Source of the DNA: Eledone cirrhosa
Taxonomy: Eukaryota
NCBI GenBank assembly: GCA_964016885.1
Contig: OZ024742.1
Location: 49,476,001-49,540,000, forward strand
Reading direction: 5' to 3'
Length of the DNA: 64,000 nt
Part shown: positions 38,237 to 53,047 of the stretch, piece by piece
Position numbering within the stretch: position 1 is the first letter of the stretch
How the letters are laid out: each line of letters starts with the position of its first letter
The notes under the pieces: model-generated
Told to the model about the DNA's origin: nothing
The model's input: the letters and a program-made list of their open reading frames with translations, nothing else
The model's database searches: none
Made by a program: the position numbers and the translations under genes

Positions 38237-40519
38237 ATATATATATATATATATATATAGCCATTGATGTATTTATTTCAATGAATTTATATAATTCTGT
38301 TAAACATTTTAATATCTAATTTGTCTGTGTCTGCTTCAAGAAAAAGAAAGTAGATGACATTTCATTATTCAATTGAGAAAGATAAGTAAATTTCTTTTAT
38401 CTCTATCTTCTGGAAAGAAATCTAATTGTAAAAGGAACATGTTTCTTGTTAAAATCTCACTTTGTTTATTCTGCTTAATGTTCATGTAGAATCTAAATTT
38501 TCATAATCTATAAATATTAGAAATTGGGTGTTTTAGAAGAAATCACTTATATTACCTAAACCTTTTTTGTATAAACAATTGAAAATTGTCATCCAACATT
38601 TTAAACATTAAAGGAAATATATAACTCACAGCATTTTACTCTGGAGAATTGTTCAGTCAGTTGTCCATTTGATTAGTCTGGAATTGCATTGCTCCATTTT
38701 CAATCATTGTCAATGCTCAATCATCCACGATGCTAATAACTGATAAAGTAAAAGTTCTCTGATCTCCTTCATAAGTGAATTAGTATGCACATGTCTCCCC
38801 CCCCCCCTCTCTGATTGGTTTGCAACTACCTATGACTTTCAATTAAATATTCTTCTTGTTTATTCCATTAGTGTTGAATATCTTTTTTAACATAAATGAA
38901 AAATAGTGCATATAGATTTTCATATAGTACATTCAAAGTTTACATTGTATTATAAATTCATTATGTCCTTTCACTTAATGATCATCTGATCATAATTCAT
39001 CATTGTACATTTTGTTTTAGTTTTGATTAATGTAAAGAACTTCTATTTATGATACAATGAAAGTAAGAAATATTTAATAAAAACCTTTATGTTTCTTTGG
39101 TATCAGATTGCAGTTGTTTGCTAAGTTCATCATCGTTAATTTGCCTATGTACCTGCAATACATGAACAAATTATAAAGAAATTGTTTTCCATGAAGGTGG
39201 CAAGGAAGAATCTACAACAAAAACCAAACAAAGAGAAAAAAAATGATCAATATCAACATGATCATTATCCATTTTCCTTGCTTAGCAAGGGCTGGAAAAT
39301 ATTTTATGGATAACTAAAATTGAGATTCAAACTGTTGAATCATTCAAATACAAATCAGGGAACACCAGACCAATCTCAATTAATTTTGAAAATAATCAAA
39401 TATTTGAAGAATTTAATAAAATAGCTCTCTCACTGATATTTCTTTAATGAAATTTCTTAACGAAAATAAAAAAATCATAATGGAAGTATTTCATCTTTTG
39501 CATAAACATTTTAAAAGGAGCTGTTATGTATAATAAATCCAGGGTGTTTTCAGACAGTTTAGTATCAAAAGGTTTAAAAAAGATATGGACAGTATGTGAG
39601 ATTGTAGCCAGTATTGACTTTTTATTGGCTACAAAATGATAACGCAGAAAGATTATAAAATCAACATTACTTTAGAAGCCATTGTGCTGTAAATTTGGAT
39701 TTGAGGGCTCTGGAAAAGCTATTAAAAAAACCAGCAAACATAAATCTTTGTGGAGTTTAATATCAAAATAGCCTAAGTTGTAGAATTCAGAAGACCTGCA
39801 AATTATTAAGGATATAAGTTGTTTAGCGACGAGGGACAAATATATAAAAAATATTAATTAGAATTCCCTGCTAAATGCTTAAAAAGCTCAAATTCTGCAC
39901 CAAACAACTTCAAATAGCAACAATCCTCAACGTCACAGAAAAATGTGCTAATATTTCATAAAGTACTTTTTGACTGAAGTCTTTATATGTGCCTGAGAGA
40001 AAAATATTTTAATTTTACAGTTGTCAACATTTACCTTGCAGGTGAATTAATATTTTTTTCTAATATTGGTAGAAAGCAAGCTATTTTTTGGATGGGGTAA
40101 GTTGATTTTATCAACTCTGAAAGGATAAAAGGCAAAGTTGTTATTGGCAGAATTTGAACTTACTTCGTAATTAAATTGATTAATAATGATAAATATAAGA
40201 AGAATAGAAATATCATTTCGGAGCTATCCTTAATGGTATTTGGTACTTGGATGTATTGTTATTCATTTCTCAAAGATTATTTTATATTCTAGATATATTT
40301 TATGACTGCCTTTATTATTGACATATATGGATATGTTAAAACTGTAATCTTAATTGCATGTAGCGTTTTACGTTAGCAAAACGTTTTTATTTAAAATATT
40401 TCAATTAAGAATTGTTCATACTGAGAATAAAAAAATTGTTAAAGTGAAAAGCCTTGAAGTTTTATGTTATATGAAAATTGTTCTGAGCAAAAATGTGACA
40501 CAGCTAAGTAGGATTAAGG

Positions 40520-40992
40520 TGAATAGTTCTGACAATGTTGTTTCTAAGATGTATACAGGTGGGCATCAAACAATCAGTGCACTATATGAAGTGGTAAGTG
40601 ATAAGAAAGGCATGAAATTCTAGAAAACCTGCTAAACAATGGGTTGGAATGATCTGTTGTACCATAGCCAGGACAACCTCTGTGATGCTAGTGATCTACA
40701 TGATAAATGCAACCAGTACACTTTGTAAAGTGGTTGGTGATAAAAAAGACTTTCTGGCTATAGAAAACGCATCAAACAAAGGACTGGAAGGACTCTTTAA
40801 CAATGTCAAGGACATGGCAACTTCATTAGTGTTGATGACATGATAAAATTCACTCAGTAGAGCACAGGATCATATGTCAGATCCCACCTCCTACCCATAG
40901 CCCACCCACTTGAGTACTCACTGGTCTGTGATGACGCGTTTAACCTTTGCTAGCAGAAAAAAAAACAGAAGTTAAACAGTGATGATGATGAT
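40520..40992 (+). mobile_element. Old non-autonomous RTE-tailed element with internal tandem units
   Basis: Repeated cact..gtaaagtggttggtg...tagaaaac units; ends taacctttgctagcag...ttaaacagtgatgatgatg; related to 45275-45676. Confidence 0.55.
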
Positions 40993-42068
40993 CAATTAGG
41001 TGTTGAGGAACAGCAAAAATTGTTATTGTTTGGCAAGAAATTTTGCATCAGTTGTTTGTTTGTTTTCTAAACTTTATGAAGAAAACTTCTGATTTTGTTA
41101 AATGAAGGTGAGAGATAGTTTGTATGTGTGCGGGAGAAAACGGTGTGTGTGTAGACAAGAGAAAATATCTGTTGGAGGAGTGAAAACTAAAATCAATATT
41201 ATAATTTAGGAAATTTCTTTTGTTTTATAATTCAAAAGCAAATGAAAATTGGGTATTACATTGTTGGTGAGATTAATGAATATTTTATAGTGAAAACTTT
41301 CTATCGCTTCTATCTTCACCTTTCCTCCTTATACCGTTGAATTCAAAAAAGAAATTTGATCAGAATGAAATTATATTCAACATACTATGAAAGATAGGTT
41401 AGGTTATTTTGGAAATCACCATAAATAAAATAACAATAAAAAAAATTAAGAAATAAAGGAATAAATTATGTAAACGTTCCTGCTGGAACATTAACATGCT
41501 ACAAGATTTTATATTTTTCTAACCTTTCATCTTAGAAGTTGCATTGTAGCAATTCTCTGTACAAGAAGATTAATGTATATAGTTCTTAAGTTACAAGAAT
41601 TGCTGGCTTCTTACATATAAGGAATCACAGAGTGGTATTATTTTAAAAGAATGGTGTTTAGGAAGAACTTCATTCAATGATTATAGTTTTCTAGAATGAA
41701 CATAACTTTCAACCTTCTATTGTCAGATTGCAATATATGAGACTGGAAGTGGCAGGAATTAATCAAAGATAGTTCATAATTAAATTATGAAGAGAAGTAT
41801 CACAACACTTTCTGTTTTGTAATAAGCTAAGATGATTTCCTTATATTTATGTTCTCTCTGAGTTTATAGAAAGATTATAACTGTCATTTTCTATTATTCA
41901 GCTCATTGAAAAATAAATAAATTAATAAATAAATAAACTCATTCAGTAATCCTAGCTTCATCTAATGATCCAAGATATGGTATGTTTCCCTTTTCACTCA
42001 CTTCTGTATACTTCTCCTACACTCATACTTTATCTCCTACACCTACATCTCTGCCTCAACATACATGC

Positions 42069-42258
42069 AGGCGGTGGATTGGCAGTATCGGTAGAGGGTC
42101 GGATGCTATGCTTTCCAGGATAGTTACGTCCCTTAACGATCTTAGTTCAAATCCCGCCGAGGTTGACTTTGCCTTTCATCCTTACGGGGTCGATAAAATA
42201 AAGTACCAGTAATGCACTGGGTAATTGCTGGCCTTGTGCCAAAAGTAAAAACAATATT
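42069..42258 (+). mobile_element. Full-length SINE, family B (short variant)
   Basis: Head ggcggtggattggcagtatcggtagag, B box agttcaaatcc, body gcctttcatccttacggggtcgataaaataaagtaccag. Confidence 0.92.
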
Positions 42259-42739
42259 ACAATAAAGTAGATATACTACAGTGTAATATTCTCTTTTGCA
42301 TAAAATGTGTAAAAAGAGAGAAACATTGCTTTTGTAAGTTAAGAGGAAAGGGAGAATTGGGGGGGGGGGTTAAAAGCTGTAATAGCTTTATCGTTTTATC
42401 TTCCTTCAAGTTTTTAATCTGCTTGTAACAAAAAAAAAACATATCTTTCAGTTCAAAGAAGTCATGCACAAATCTTTGTGATCAACCAATGACCTACAAC
42501 ATGTATGATAACACTTATAGACTGAGGCTCTCATAGAATCTCATAGTTTCCTGCTCTAAAGTGGCCTGCTAATTTAGATGTCTGTCTTTATTCCATGTGT
42601 TCCTTTTCTTCACCCTCTCTCTAACTTTTTTTTTGCTGATGTTTTTATTACTTGTAGGTTTTCAGACTCCTGCAATCTTATCTCCTCTATGAGACTACAT
42701 AAATAAATAAGATAAAATGTAGAAACCAGGTGTAAAACT

Positions 42740-43030
42740 TTTCTCTCTTTCTACATTTCTATCTCTTTCTCTCTCTCTACCTTTCTCTATCTCCTCCCTC
42801 TCTCTGACATTCGTTCTCTCTTTTTGCCTTTCACTTTTTCTACTTGTCTCTCTGGCTTTCTCTCCCTTTCTCTTTCTGTCTGTCTCACTCATTTTCTTTC
42901 TCTCTCTCTCTTTCTGCCTGTTCCTCTCTCTTTCTCTCTACCCCCCCCCCCCCGATCTCTATCTCTCCTCCCTGTTACTATCTCACCTTTACCCTATCTC
43001 TATCTCTTCCTATCTCTTTGCTCTCTCTAA
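42740..43030. repeat. (CT)n polypyrimidine low-complexity tract
   Basis: Directly visible. Confidence 0.9.
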
Positions 43031-43469
43031 AATCAACACAAACATATCCCAAAATTGCAATTTTTTCTTTTATACATTTTAATTTCCATCCTCATAGCTT
43101 TGAAGAAAATCATATTAGTTCTTCTATCTAACAATTTCATTGGCAGATTTTGCTTAACTTCATCGATAGAATTATCTTTTTACAACATTCTTCTTTATAT
43201 GTCAGTTACCTGCTTTAAATTGTCACATTAAAGTCCAAATGTGCTAATTTTAGATGGAAATTACATCTTGACTGTAGTTCTCCTTAGAGCTAAGTAGCTG
43301 CACTTCACCTAGAGTCAAGTCAACCGATTGTACTTGTCATTCTTGACTTTCTACCACTGATCCTTTCTATGACTCCTTATCAGATCAATCTTAACCATTC
43401 ATTCAGTCATTTTAATCCAAGTGTTTCCCACTGTCTACAGAAGAGTTATACCTGCATGAATGCATTGAT

Positions 43470-43720
43470 ATGTATTTTCATGTGCATGTGTGTTTGTATG
43501 TGCATGTGCATACATGTGTTTCTTTGTGTGTGTCTGTTTGCACATATGTATCTCTTTGCATACATGTCTGTGAGCATACATGTGTGTGTACATACATGTG
43601 TGTATGCAGATATGAGTCTGTGTGTGTATACTTTTGTATATGTGTGTATGCATGTTTACACATATGTGTTTGTGTATGCATACATGTGTCTGTCTGTGTA
43701 TGTCAGTACATGCATACATA
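43470..43720. repeat. Degenerate (TG)n/(CATG)n tract
   Basis: Directly visible. Confidence 0.9.
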
Positions 43721-43989
43721 TTTTTTCTTTCTTTATACTTAAACCTCCAGTAGTAAATACTAACAGCCAGCCATACCAACACAATATCTTGTGAAAAATA
43801 TAAAAAATTAGTTAGTATAAGAAGTATATGGAGGTGATTTTACCTCCACTTCTCTCTCTCTGTCTATCATTATCTATCTCTCTTTCACTCTTTTTCCGTC
43901 ACTCTCTCTCTATATATATCAGTCTTTTTCACTCTGTCTTTTTTTCTCAGATGCTTCCTTCCTATGACAATGTCGATCAGTGAGCTTTT

Positions 43990-44310
43990 AGTTTTTTTTA
44001 ATAATAAGTGGCCTCACTGTGTAATTAAGGGGTTTGCTTTTCAGTCATGTAGACTTGTGTCCTCTTTTATAACTTCAGGTTGACCAATATTGTAGTGGTG
44101 GGGGAAGACAGAAGTTGGTAGAGAATTCCATAGGCAAGATGTACAAAGAGAGAAATTATAAGAATATAATTTGTGATTACATTTAGGAATTTTAACAATA
44201 AATGGATTCAAAAAATAGCCACTAATTTGGTGCTCTGTTAAAACTAGAGTAGAAAGCTCATCAGAACAATTCACATGAAAATGGTTATAGAAAAGTACAA
44301 AAATAGAATA
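43990..44310 (-). mobile_element. Degraded CR1/Jockey-group LINE C-terminal fragment
   Basis: LFYNHFHVNCSDELSTLV...NPFIVKIPKC...YSYNF...TSCLWNSLPTSVFPHHYN, the WNxLP C-terminal motif of CR1-group ORF2. Confidence 0.7.
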
Positions 44311-44442
44311 ATTAGTTCTTTATTTATCAATTTAATTAATTTTGTCATTAAGAAAACTTAAATGATAAACAAAAATATATATTTCTCAAGAATGTCTCAC
44401 CAGTTTGAAATGTTTCAAAAGCTCTGACATAAAACTAATAAC

Positions 44443-44627
44443 TGTTTCTACTTTAGGCACAAGGCCAGCAATTACTCAGTGCATTACTGGTACTTTATTT
44501 TATCGACCACGTAAGGATGAAAGGCAAAGTCAACCTCGGCAGGATTTGAACTCAGATCGTAAAGGGACGTAACTATGCTGGAAAGCATGGCGTCCGACAC
44601 TCTACCGATACTGCCAATCCACCGCCC
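44443..44627 (-). mobile_element. Full-length SINE, family B (short variant)
   Basis: Near reverse complement of 42069-42258; 13-bp direct repeat taaaactaataac (44430-44442, 44629-44641). Confidence 0.93.
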
Positions 44628-45274
44628 TTAAAACTAATAACAAAAGTACAAAACTCCTGTACAAGTGCTGTGTTGTGTTTATGTCTTTACAAAACTGATC
44701 TGTGTTGTATGAAACCCAGTTAAAACATTCAGATTTCAATGGAATGTACATCTAATATTACATAAATATATTGGGAGATAATACTTATCAATGTCAATAT
44801 TAAAAGTACTATAAATATTACAAGTAGTAAATGATTTTTCTGTTTTTGCTTGTGGAGCTGAGATCTCTGTTGAGAAAATAATAGGAAACCTTCCCTGCTT
44901 ATCATTCATAGAATAGCTATGAAAACAAGATCTTCATCAAATATTAACTCATGAAAAGAACTTATATTAACATATGCATTGCCATAATAGTCTATATTCG
45001 TCAAACAAGTTTATACAGATGAATATTCTCCCTGGTTCTAGCTACTGTGCTATATGTTAGTACTATGTCTCTGACATATTTTACAATCAATATGATATTT
45101 TATTTAAGCTTCAAACCATATAATCAATAGTTAACATTTTTTTCTTTCATAAATATCCACATTAAACAGATTTTCTCCTTATTACTTTTTCATGAAAGCA
45201 ATCTGAAAAAATGATTTAACATTTTCTGTTGTGTTAGCAGCATAACAACCTCTTTAGTCTTGGTGATCTACATA

Positions 45275-45676
45275 ATAACCTCTGTAAAGTGGCTGGTCAG
45301 AGGATGGGTATCGGGCCATAGAAAAGCCTGCTAAACAAGTGTTTGGAAGGAGTCTTCGGTTGTGTCAGGCATGACAACCTTAGTGTTGATGACAAATGCC
45401 CCCAGTACACACTGTAAACGGGATGGTGAGAGGAATGACATCCAAACATAGAACACCTGCCAAACAACGTGTTGGGAGGACACTTCAGCAGTGCCAATGG
45501 CATGTCAACTTCCTTAGTGTTGGTGCCATGATGAAATGCATTCAGTATAGTGCGAGAATATTTGTGAAATGTAAGCCCCCAAGCCCACCTGAGAGCTGAA
45601 TAATGACTTGGTTTAAGAAGACTCTTCTAATCCTTTCTAGCAGGAAAGACAAATGACGAATGTTGATGATGATGAT
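45275..45676 (+). mobile_element. Old non-autonomous RTE-tailed element with about 125-bp tandem units
   Basis: Two units ctgtaaa...catagaa..cctgc.aaacaa.tgt..gga.gga..cttc...ccttagtgttg.tg, ending ctaatcctttctagcagg...gatgatgatg. Confidence 0.55.
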
Positions 45677-46397
45677 TTTCTATCTGATTGTGTAGCAATA
45701 AAACAATACTTTACACAGTACCATTATTCTGATAGAAACTTTAAATGTTTTATACTATTCAAGGTCATTAAAATAGAACAGATCAATACCACTCACTTGT
45801 ATATATATTTGTCTTGATTTGAACCAGAAATTCGGTAATTTCCTGCTAAATATCCTGGGAACTCAGCCAATATTCAACACCTGTCACTATTTCCCTAGGA
45901 ATACATATAAGAAAGTTGTGTAATATAATATTTCTTTTTCTAGAAGGACATTTAAAGATTCCACTTTGCATTGGCTTCTCTACATATCTAATATACATTA
46001 GTATGTACAGTTCATACTCCACCATTCTTTTCTGATCCATCCTCTCACTCTCTCAATTCCATTTTTGCATGCTTAATCTCTCTCTCTCTCCCTCTTTGTA
46101 TATAGATATATGCATATTCATGCATACATACACACATACTGTCCGACCCATGCCCATCCAAAACACGGTAGCATTAAGAAACAGACCTGATGATAATGAT
46201 GGTTTATGTGTGTGTGTGTGTACAAATACATATAAGAAGCCAGCAATGTTGTAAATAATCTACGACTTCCTAGAAAGAAATGGAAATATCTAAATCTATT
46301 ACTAGAAATAAAAAGTTGAGAAATAATTTAATTAAAACATTTGTTTTAATTTATACACTCATATATATTATTATATATATACCTTTCCTCATTTTAA

Positions 46398-46606
46398 CCC
46401 TTTAGCATTTAAACTGGCCATATCCGGCCTGATTTCTCTCACCTCTTTCTGTTTAAACTGGCCATAACCAGCCACTCATATTTATGTTAAGTTAATGTTC
46501 TCAAAATAAATAATATCAAAATCTTGTAGATTCGATATTATGTGAGATTAAAGTGTTTACTGTGAAAATACAATAGTAAATATAGAGTAATGTAAATGTT
46601 AAAGGG
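46398..46606. mobile_element. piggyBac-like MITE
   Basis: Terminal inverted repeats CCCTTTAGCATTTA / TAAATGTTAAAGGG (one mismatch), flanked by TTAA and TTAC. Confidence 0.7.
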
Positions 46607-46754
46607 TTACTCACCCATCGCCAGCCTTTATACATGTTTCACCTTCTCTCCCACCATACCTCCTGATACACCACCAGTCTAACTCATGCATACAAACGTG
46701 CCAAAACTGAACATATTTTACACCTTCTCTTCCACAGTCCTGACACTACAGCAA

Positions 46755-47051
46755 ACATGACATAGGCCACCCTGTAAGGAGGGAGGTCATGCAGTGACAC
46801 AACAAAAAAGTACACAGTTCACCTTGTAAGGTGGTCGGGCTGGTGACACAACAAAAAAGCACCTAGTTCTCTCTGTAGATAGTCGTTTTCGTGCAATGAC
46901 AAAGATCACCCAATCCACACTGTAATGTGGTTGGCATTTCAAAGGAAATCAAGCCATAGAAATTGTTCCCCTGACTTCACTTATAATACAACTACCTGTC
47001 TAACTGATGCAAGCATAGAAAATGGACCTTAAACAGTGATGATGATGATGA
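46755..47051 (+). mobile_element. Old family A-like / RTE 3' UTR fragment
   Basis: Several ~40-bp cacc.tgtaagg...acaacaaaaaag units, then gtggttggcatt and a ctaactgatgcaagcatagaaaatggac...gatgatg tail. Confidence 0.6.
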
Positions 47052-47225
47052 TTATAAACGTTGGTTGGTTGGGAAAATCGTGTTTCAGACAAATACCAGC
47101 ATTTTGGTGTCTGTTCTAACTCTTTATTTTCTAAGTTCAACTCCTGCTGAGGTCATCTTTAGCCTTTCATCTTTCTGGCCTCAAATATAAAATACATATG
47201 CATAATGTCATTATAATTATTATTA

Positions 47226-47438
47226 GGGAAGTGGATTGGCAGAATCGGTTGAGCGTTGGACATGTTTTGCGGCATATAGTTGAGGTTTTTATGTTCTGAG
47301 TTCAAATACCACTGAGGTTAGTTTTGCCTTCCAGCCTTACGGGGTCGATAAAATAAAGTACCAGTTAGCACTGGGGTCGATTTAATCGACTTTCCCCTCC
47401 CCCAAATTGCAGGCCTTGTGCCTAAATCTGAAACCATT
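47226..47438 (+). mobile_element. Full-length SINE, family B (long variant)
   Basis: gtggattggcagaatcggtt...gagttcaaatacc...ggggtcgataaaataaagtaccag...ggccttgtgcctaaa. Confidence 0.88.
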
Positions 47439-50079
47439 ATCATTATGATTATTTTTATCATTAGTTAATCTGATGGATAACATTATTATTGTCCAATATC
47501 TTTCAAAGACTTTTCTAGGCCAAAAACATCATCATAGAGATAGTTCAATTAAGTTTCAAGCCCTAACTAAGCTTCCTCACCATATTTTGTATTTTTCTCC
47601 TGATATATATATCTGTTTAATCTCTCACATTTTGATTACACTTATACCACCGTATGCATAGACACACTAATATTCACTTGATTAATCTGTAAAAAAGATT
47701 ATAAATGGTTTCATTAAGCATTATGCAAATTTATGATTGAAGTAAAGTAAGAATTTTTCATGTTTAAAACCAGATAAATTACCCATGAAGAAGTGTTTTC
47801 AAGCTGTTTCTTTATTTCATGAGCCTTTCACCTTCAAGTAATAATTCTATTTGAAAGCGAATGTTGTATATTATTTGTTGAATGCACTTCTTCTCTATTA
47901 GTTTTGTGATTCATTACAGACAAACCAATACCTCAAAAGTAAAAAGCAAACATAAAATAAAACCAACAATATAGTTGAAGTTCTTAATGCAAGCTGCTAT
48001 TTGTTCATTGATTTCTAAACTGATTTGGTCAGTGTGACTATAAGTGATGAGTTAGTTGTATGATTGTGTGGTGGAGTTGTGATAACGTGATAGACAATAT
48101 AATTATGTTGGTGTTTCAAATGAATAGATTAATTACTTATGGATTCTTGGGCTACACCTGAAAATTTAATTAATTAGTTTTTCTCTATAATTTAAAATAA
48201 ATGTTTTATTTCCTTTGAACCTTGTCTATAAAGATTTAATTTAGTGAAATAGAAACTAATGTATTTCTATTGAGCTATCAAAGAAATTGAAAGGATTCTT
48301 AGTTTAAAATTCTTGAATGAAAACTATTGTTTCATTGTTGTTTTTCAAGGCCCACATGATATATACTTGCATGAAAGAACATTGATAAATGCTATCTGTG
48401 TGTATCTGTCCATCAGCCTCATGGTGTTTTTGCCTGCTTTATTGTGTTAGCATAGGTTCTATAAGACCATGTTTATTTATAAATACGTAAAAGTCCATTT
48501 GATATAGAAGAAATCATCATCATCTTTTTTATTTCAAATTTTCCATGCTTGCATGGATTGGATGGGATGCTTTGGGATGATGATTTATAGCCAGATGCCT
48601 TTTCTGATGCCATGTCAACCTTTTTAGTTGCTTTATACGGCATGGAATAATATGGTGTGTACATTCTAAAAACTTGGATTCACTTAAATTTGAAATCCAT
48701 ACACTTCTTAGAAGATCTTCAAGAAATATTAAATAATTTCAATTCATAATTAGGTTCCATAATCATTCTGGCCTTTGATTGTAATGCACATATGATAACT
48801 GAACTAAGATATTTCTTCAGGGAGCAGTTACAGCTGTTTCTCTCTACATATAAATGATATGTGGATTAGGTTTCCTTTCATTATGTAGGCATGCAGTCTG
48901 TGGTGTTAAAACAAGTATTCATAGACTTAATCTTCTATTCACATCTGGTATGTTTGATTTAATATTAAATTGACTGCAGTGTTTAACTGGTATTTTATTT
49001 TATTGACTCTGGCAGGATTCAAGACAAAATTGATCATGGTAGGATTTGAATTCAGAATGTAAAGTGTCATAACTCACTACCTCAGATATCTTTCCTGTAT
49101 GAGAGTAGAATCTGCAATTGGCAATTGAAAGTAAACCATGGAATTAGTTTACCAGGAGCTGCCCTCCAGACAGATGTGAACAGTTTAATTCTAACTAGGA
49201 TGATCAAAGTATATACATGTGTATCTTTTAATGGAAATTATCTGTATAATGGAATCTATTTTCATAATAAGATTACAAATAGCAAAAATCTACTGTATCT
49301 TTTATTCTTTTGTTTTTCTGAACTCGAAATCTCAATGCTTCAAATATGACATTCATTCATTATTTTTACTCTCTAAAACTAGCAATATATTTATTTCCTA
49401 TATCTTGAGGAAGAAATTGTAATGATTACAATATAAGTCGGTAAGAAGCTAATGGTTAAAGTGATTGAAAATGGTAATTTTAATAAAAGAATACCAGATG
49501 TATTTGAGAAGGCCTGTTTCGCCTGATACTGCTTTAACTTTTTAGAATCCTAGGCAGCTCTGATTTTCCACTAAATACCGGCTGATGTATGTAGTTTGAA
49601 AATACTTGTCAGAAAGTAAATAAATATATGAACTTTTAATGAAGCTGTATATCTGCCACTAACAGTTATTTATTTGTCAATGCCATATGTCAGTGTTCAT
49701 AACGAAGTTCAAAAGGTAAATATTATTTGCACATTTAAAATGGATCTTAAAACTCTAATGTACATAAACAAACTCTTTGTAAATGTACACAATGTCTATT
49801 AAGAAAAAAAAATGTTGAGATAATTTATAGTTTCCTACATATGAACACATTGTAATAATTTAATGTATATACTTAGGTGTGTTTTACATTATAGCTTTAC
49901 ATAAGAACATACTACAACATGACTATATAAATGTTTCAGTGCAAACAAATGATGACATAAGTTTGTTTGTGTTGTGCTATGTAAATAGTTGTTCCTTGAT
50001 TGGAATATTAAACAAATGTCTATAAATAAATTGTGTATCACATTTTCAGAATTCTCTCAGATTATGCAAGCATTAACAA

Positions 50080-50298
50080 TATTGATTTCTAATATAGGCA
50101 CAAAACCTGCAAATTTTAGGGAAGGGCAAAGTTGTTAAATCGATTCTAATACTTGACTGCTACTTTATTTTGTCTATCCTAAAAAGATGAAAAGAAATGT
50201 CGATCTAGGCAGTATTTGAACTCAGAATCTAAAGAAACAGAGCAAACACTTCAGTGGCATTTTATCTTGAACTCTACCATTTCTGCCAATGCACCACA
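50080..50298 (-). mobile_element. Degraded SINE, family B
   Basis: Collinear with 32736-32950. Confidence 0.7.
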
Positions 50299-50574
50299 CT
50301 TTTACAATAGTGAAATATAATAAACCTTATATTTATACTACATTTGCCAAAAAACATTCTAAGAGTTTTCCTAGGTTACCTAGGAACAAAGATAATTGTA
50401 ATATCAAATAATTCTATTGATAAATCTGTAAATAGTTAATGATAGGAAACGTATTCAGCTAATCAAAGAGTTGAGAGGAGGCGTCAGCTATGCCAGATAT
50501 CCCAACCTGTCTAGTGCTGGAGCTATAATAAGATGCACTTGGTTAAATGTAGGAAAGTATGTGAGATATATGCT

Positions 50575-50790
50575 TCAGTGGCAGAGTATTTAGAATGCTA
50601 AACAAATGCTTAGCAGTATATATTCTGACACTTTGTGTTCTGAATTCAAATCCTGCCAAGGTCAACTTTGTCTTTCTCCCTTTTGGGGTCGATAAAATAA
50701 GATACCAGTTAAGTACTGGAGTCAATATAATCGACTTCCCCTCTCCTTAAAATTGCTAGCCTTGTGCCCGAATTAGAAATCATTATTATT
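50575..50790 (+). mobile_element. SINE, family B
   Basis: ttcaaatcctgccaaggtcaactttg...ggggtcgataaaataagataccag...ccttgtgcc. Confidence 0.8.
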
Positions 50791-52129
50791 ATCATTATCA
50801 TTATCATTTTATCCCAACTCTGTGACCTGCTCACTCACCTCCATTGCATCATGTTCTTGGGAAAATGTGAGAGTGAAAAAATATATTACTCAAATGAAAT
50901 AAAAAATATATACCTGTTTCAATTCATGATTACACATGGATTCGTTTGCCTGAAATATACAAAATAAATAGACAAAAGTAAAAATAGAAAGGAACTGATT
51001 GATGAAAAATCACCCTGACAAAATGTATACTGTGAAAGGAAGCAATTTTTGTTTAAGTGTAAATAATTAGACAAAATGGCAGCAATATTGGAGCAGAAAA
51101 GAGAGTGCATTGTTTCATTGTGAGTTACATGTTAATATGTCTATAGATTTATTTCAACATACTTACACATCAAACAATATATACTGCAGTAGTTTGATAT
51201 AAATTTATATCATCGACACCACCACCACCACTAAATCACCAGCACTAATCCAACAACAAACCAATAAAACCACCATTGAACCACAGCCACCACCTAAACC
51301 ACCATCACATATTGTCCAATGTGTAAGCTATGTACTAATTATGTTATATACTAGTTATTTTACTTCTTGATTATAAAAAAAATAACTGTAAAAAACATAA
51401 GAGATATGATAATGAAAGGATTACGACTAATATTGCTATAGTAACAGCAGTCCTGTTGTTAAGTTTGCAAGAGATGTTGGGAACAATATATAGTGCAGAT
51501 GTGTGCAAGAGAATGTAATAATACTGATGGAGATTTTGAAATAAAAAATTAAAGTAAAATTCCTTAGATTGCTTTAAAAATTTCTTATATGATATATTGA
51601 TCAGTTATGAATTGGGTGGTCTTGCTTGATAATCCAATCAAATCATTTAGAGATAGTTACTTCTAATAGGACTCTCTGGAAGGTGTGGTTCAAAACACTC
51701 TTAAGAATAAGTGTGCAAAGAAGAAGATGCTATACACATGTTTATCTCCTTATAATGCACCCAACTAAGAATGAGGCATGTTGTGCTAGACTTGATTAAG
51801 ATGTAATATCAAACAAAATTTATAGCTAGCAATAGACTCGCTCTCATATATGCACATATGAATATGCAGATAACTGCACATGTGCACATATACCAACACA
51901 CACAGTGCAAACAGCCCATTCTGCAAGGTGGTAGTGCAGGACTCAATAAAATGTTCCATAACAGGGTGTAAAGTGGTTGGTATTAGGAAAAAAGCATCTA
52001 CTCATAGAAACCAAGTCAAAATAGAACATATAAATAAGATATGGTCAAGTGCCTTGTCTAAAAACATGACAAAATATTTAATCCATGTAAGCATGGAAAT
52101 TAGGCATTAAATGTTGATTATATATATAT

Positions 52130-52194
<65 letters not shown>

Positions 52195-52576
52195 AAGACA
52201 GAAGCACACATGTATACATACATATTCATAAATTCATACACTTAGCTATACACACACATATAAACACATGACTATATATATATCACATACATACACATGT
52301 ATCCACTCAGCCACATACACACATAACCTGCAACAAGCCAGTATGTGAGGCTGTATTTGTAAGCAATCAATAGCCTTTCCTTTAATGATATTGCACAGAT
52401 TGTTTCACTGCAACAGTGACCTTACAGTAAACAAGAAGAGAAAAACAAATCAATATATGAAGAAGAAAATAACAGAATTTTCTTGAAAAAAAATCAAAAA
52501 CTGAAGAATAGAAATACCACTTACCATACTAATAACTTTTATTTGAAATATATCAATACTGTTTTCTTTGATTCAT

Positions 52577-53038
52577 TTAACCCTTTTGAAACCAAACTTC
52601 CTGAAATCATTTCTTGCTTTATGATACAAAACTTAGGTTCATCTCCAAGAGTGGTTGATGGTAACTAAATGACATGGCACTCCTCTCTTCATCCTTATTT
52701 GTCAATGGTACATCTTCAAATTAAAAGCTTTTACACTGATATGCTTATTTCTAAACTCCACTTTAGAAAAAATACAAATAATATTGCCTACCCAGAAAGT
52801 CCCAAATCTCCACCAAGCACCAAACCTGCTGATTGGCCTCACCAAATTGTTTAGTTTTAATAGTTTATCGTTATATTAAAATCTTCATAATTTTATTTTA
52901 GACATTTTTTGTTAAGTAATCTTATGACTAGCAGCTTACTAATGAAAAACGTTCGTTATTTTATTAAATTCCTCTAAATGTTTGGTTATCTTAAAAATCA
53001 ATTGGAACACATTAGAAATACAATAAAGAAAGGTTTAA
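52577..53038. mobile_element. Degraded piggyBac-like MITE
   Basis: ttaacccttttgaaacc left end and gaaaggtttaa right end; related ends occur at 32575-32607, 39545-39577 and 56639-56879. Confidence 0.45.
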
Positions 53039-53047
53039 CATCTAAAC

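Noticed and set aside
42600-42692. Branch point, polypyrimidine tract and AG followed by a short frame (possible terminal exon)
   Set aside because: Only about 11 codons, with no linked exons or other support.
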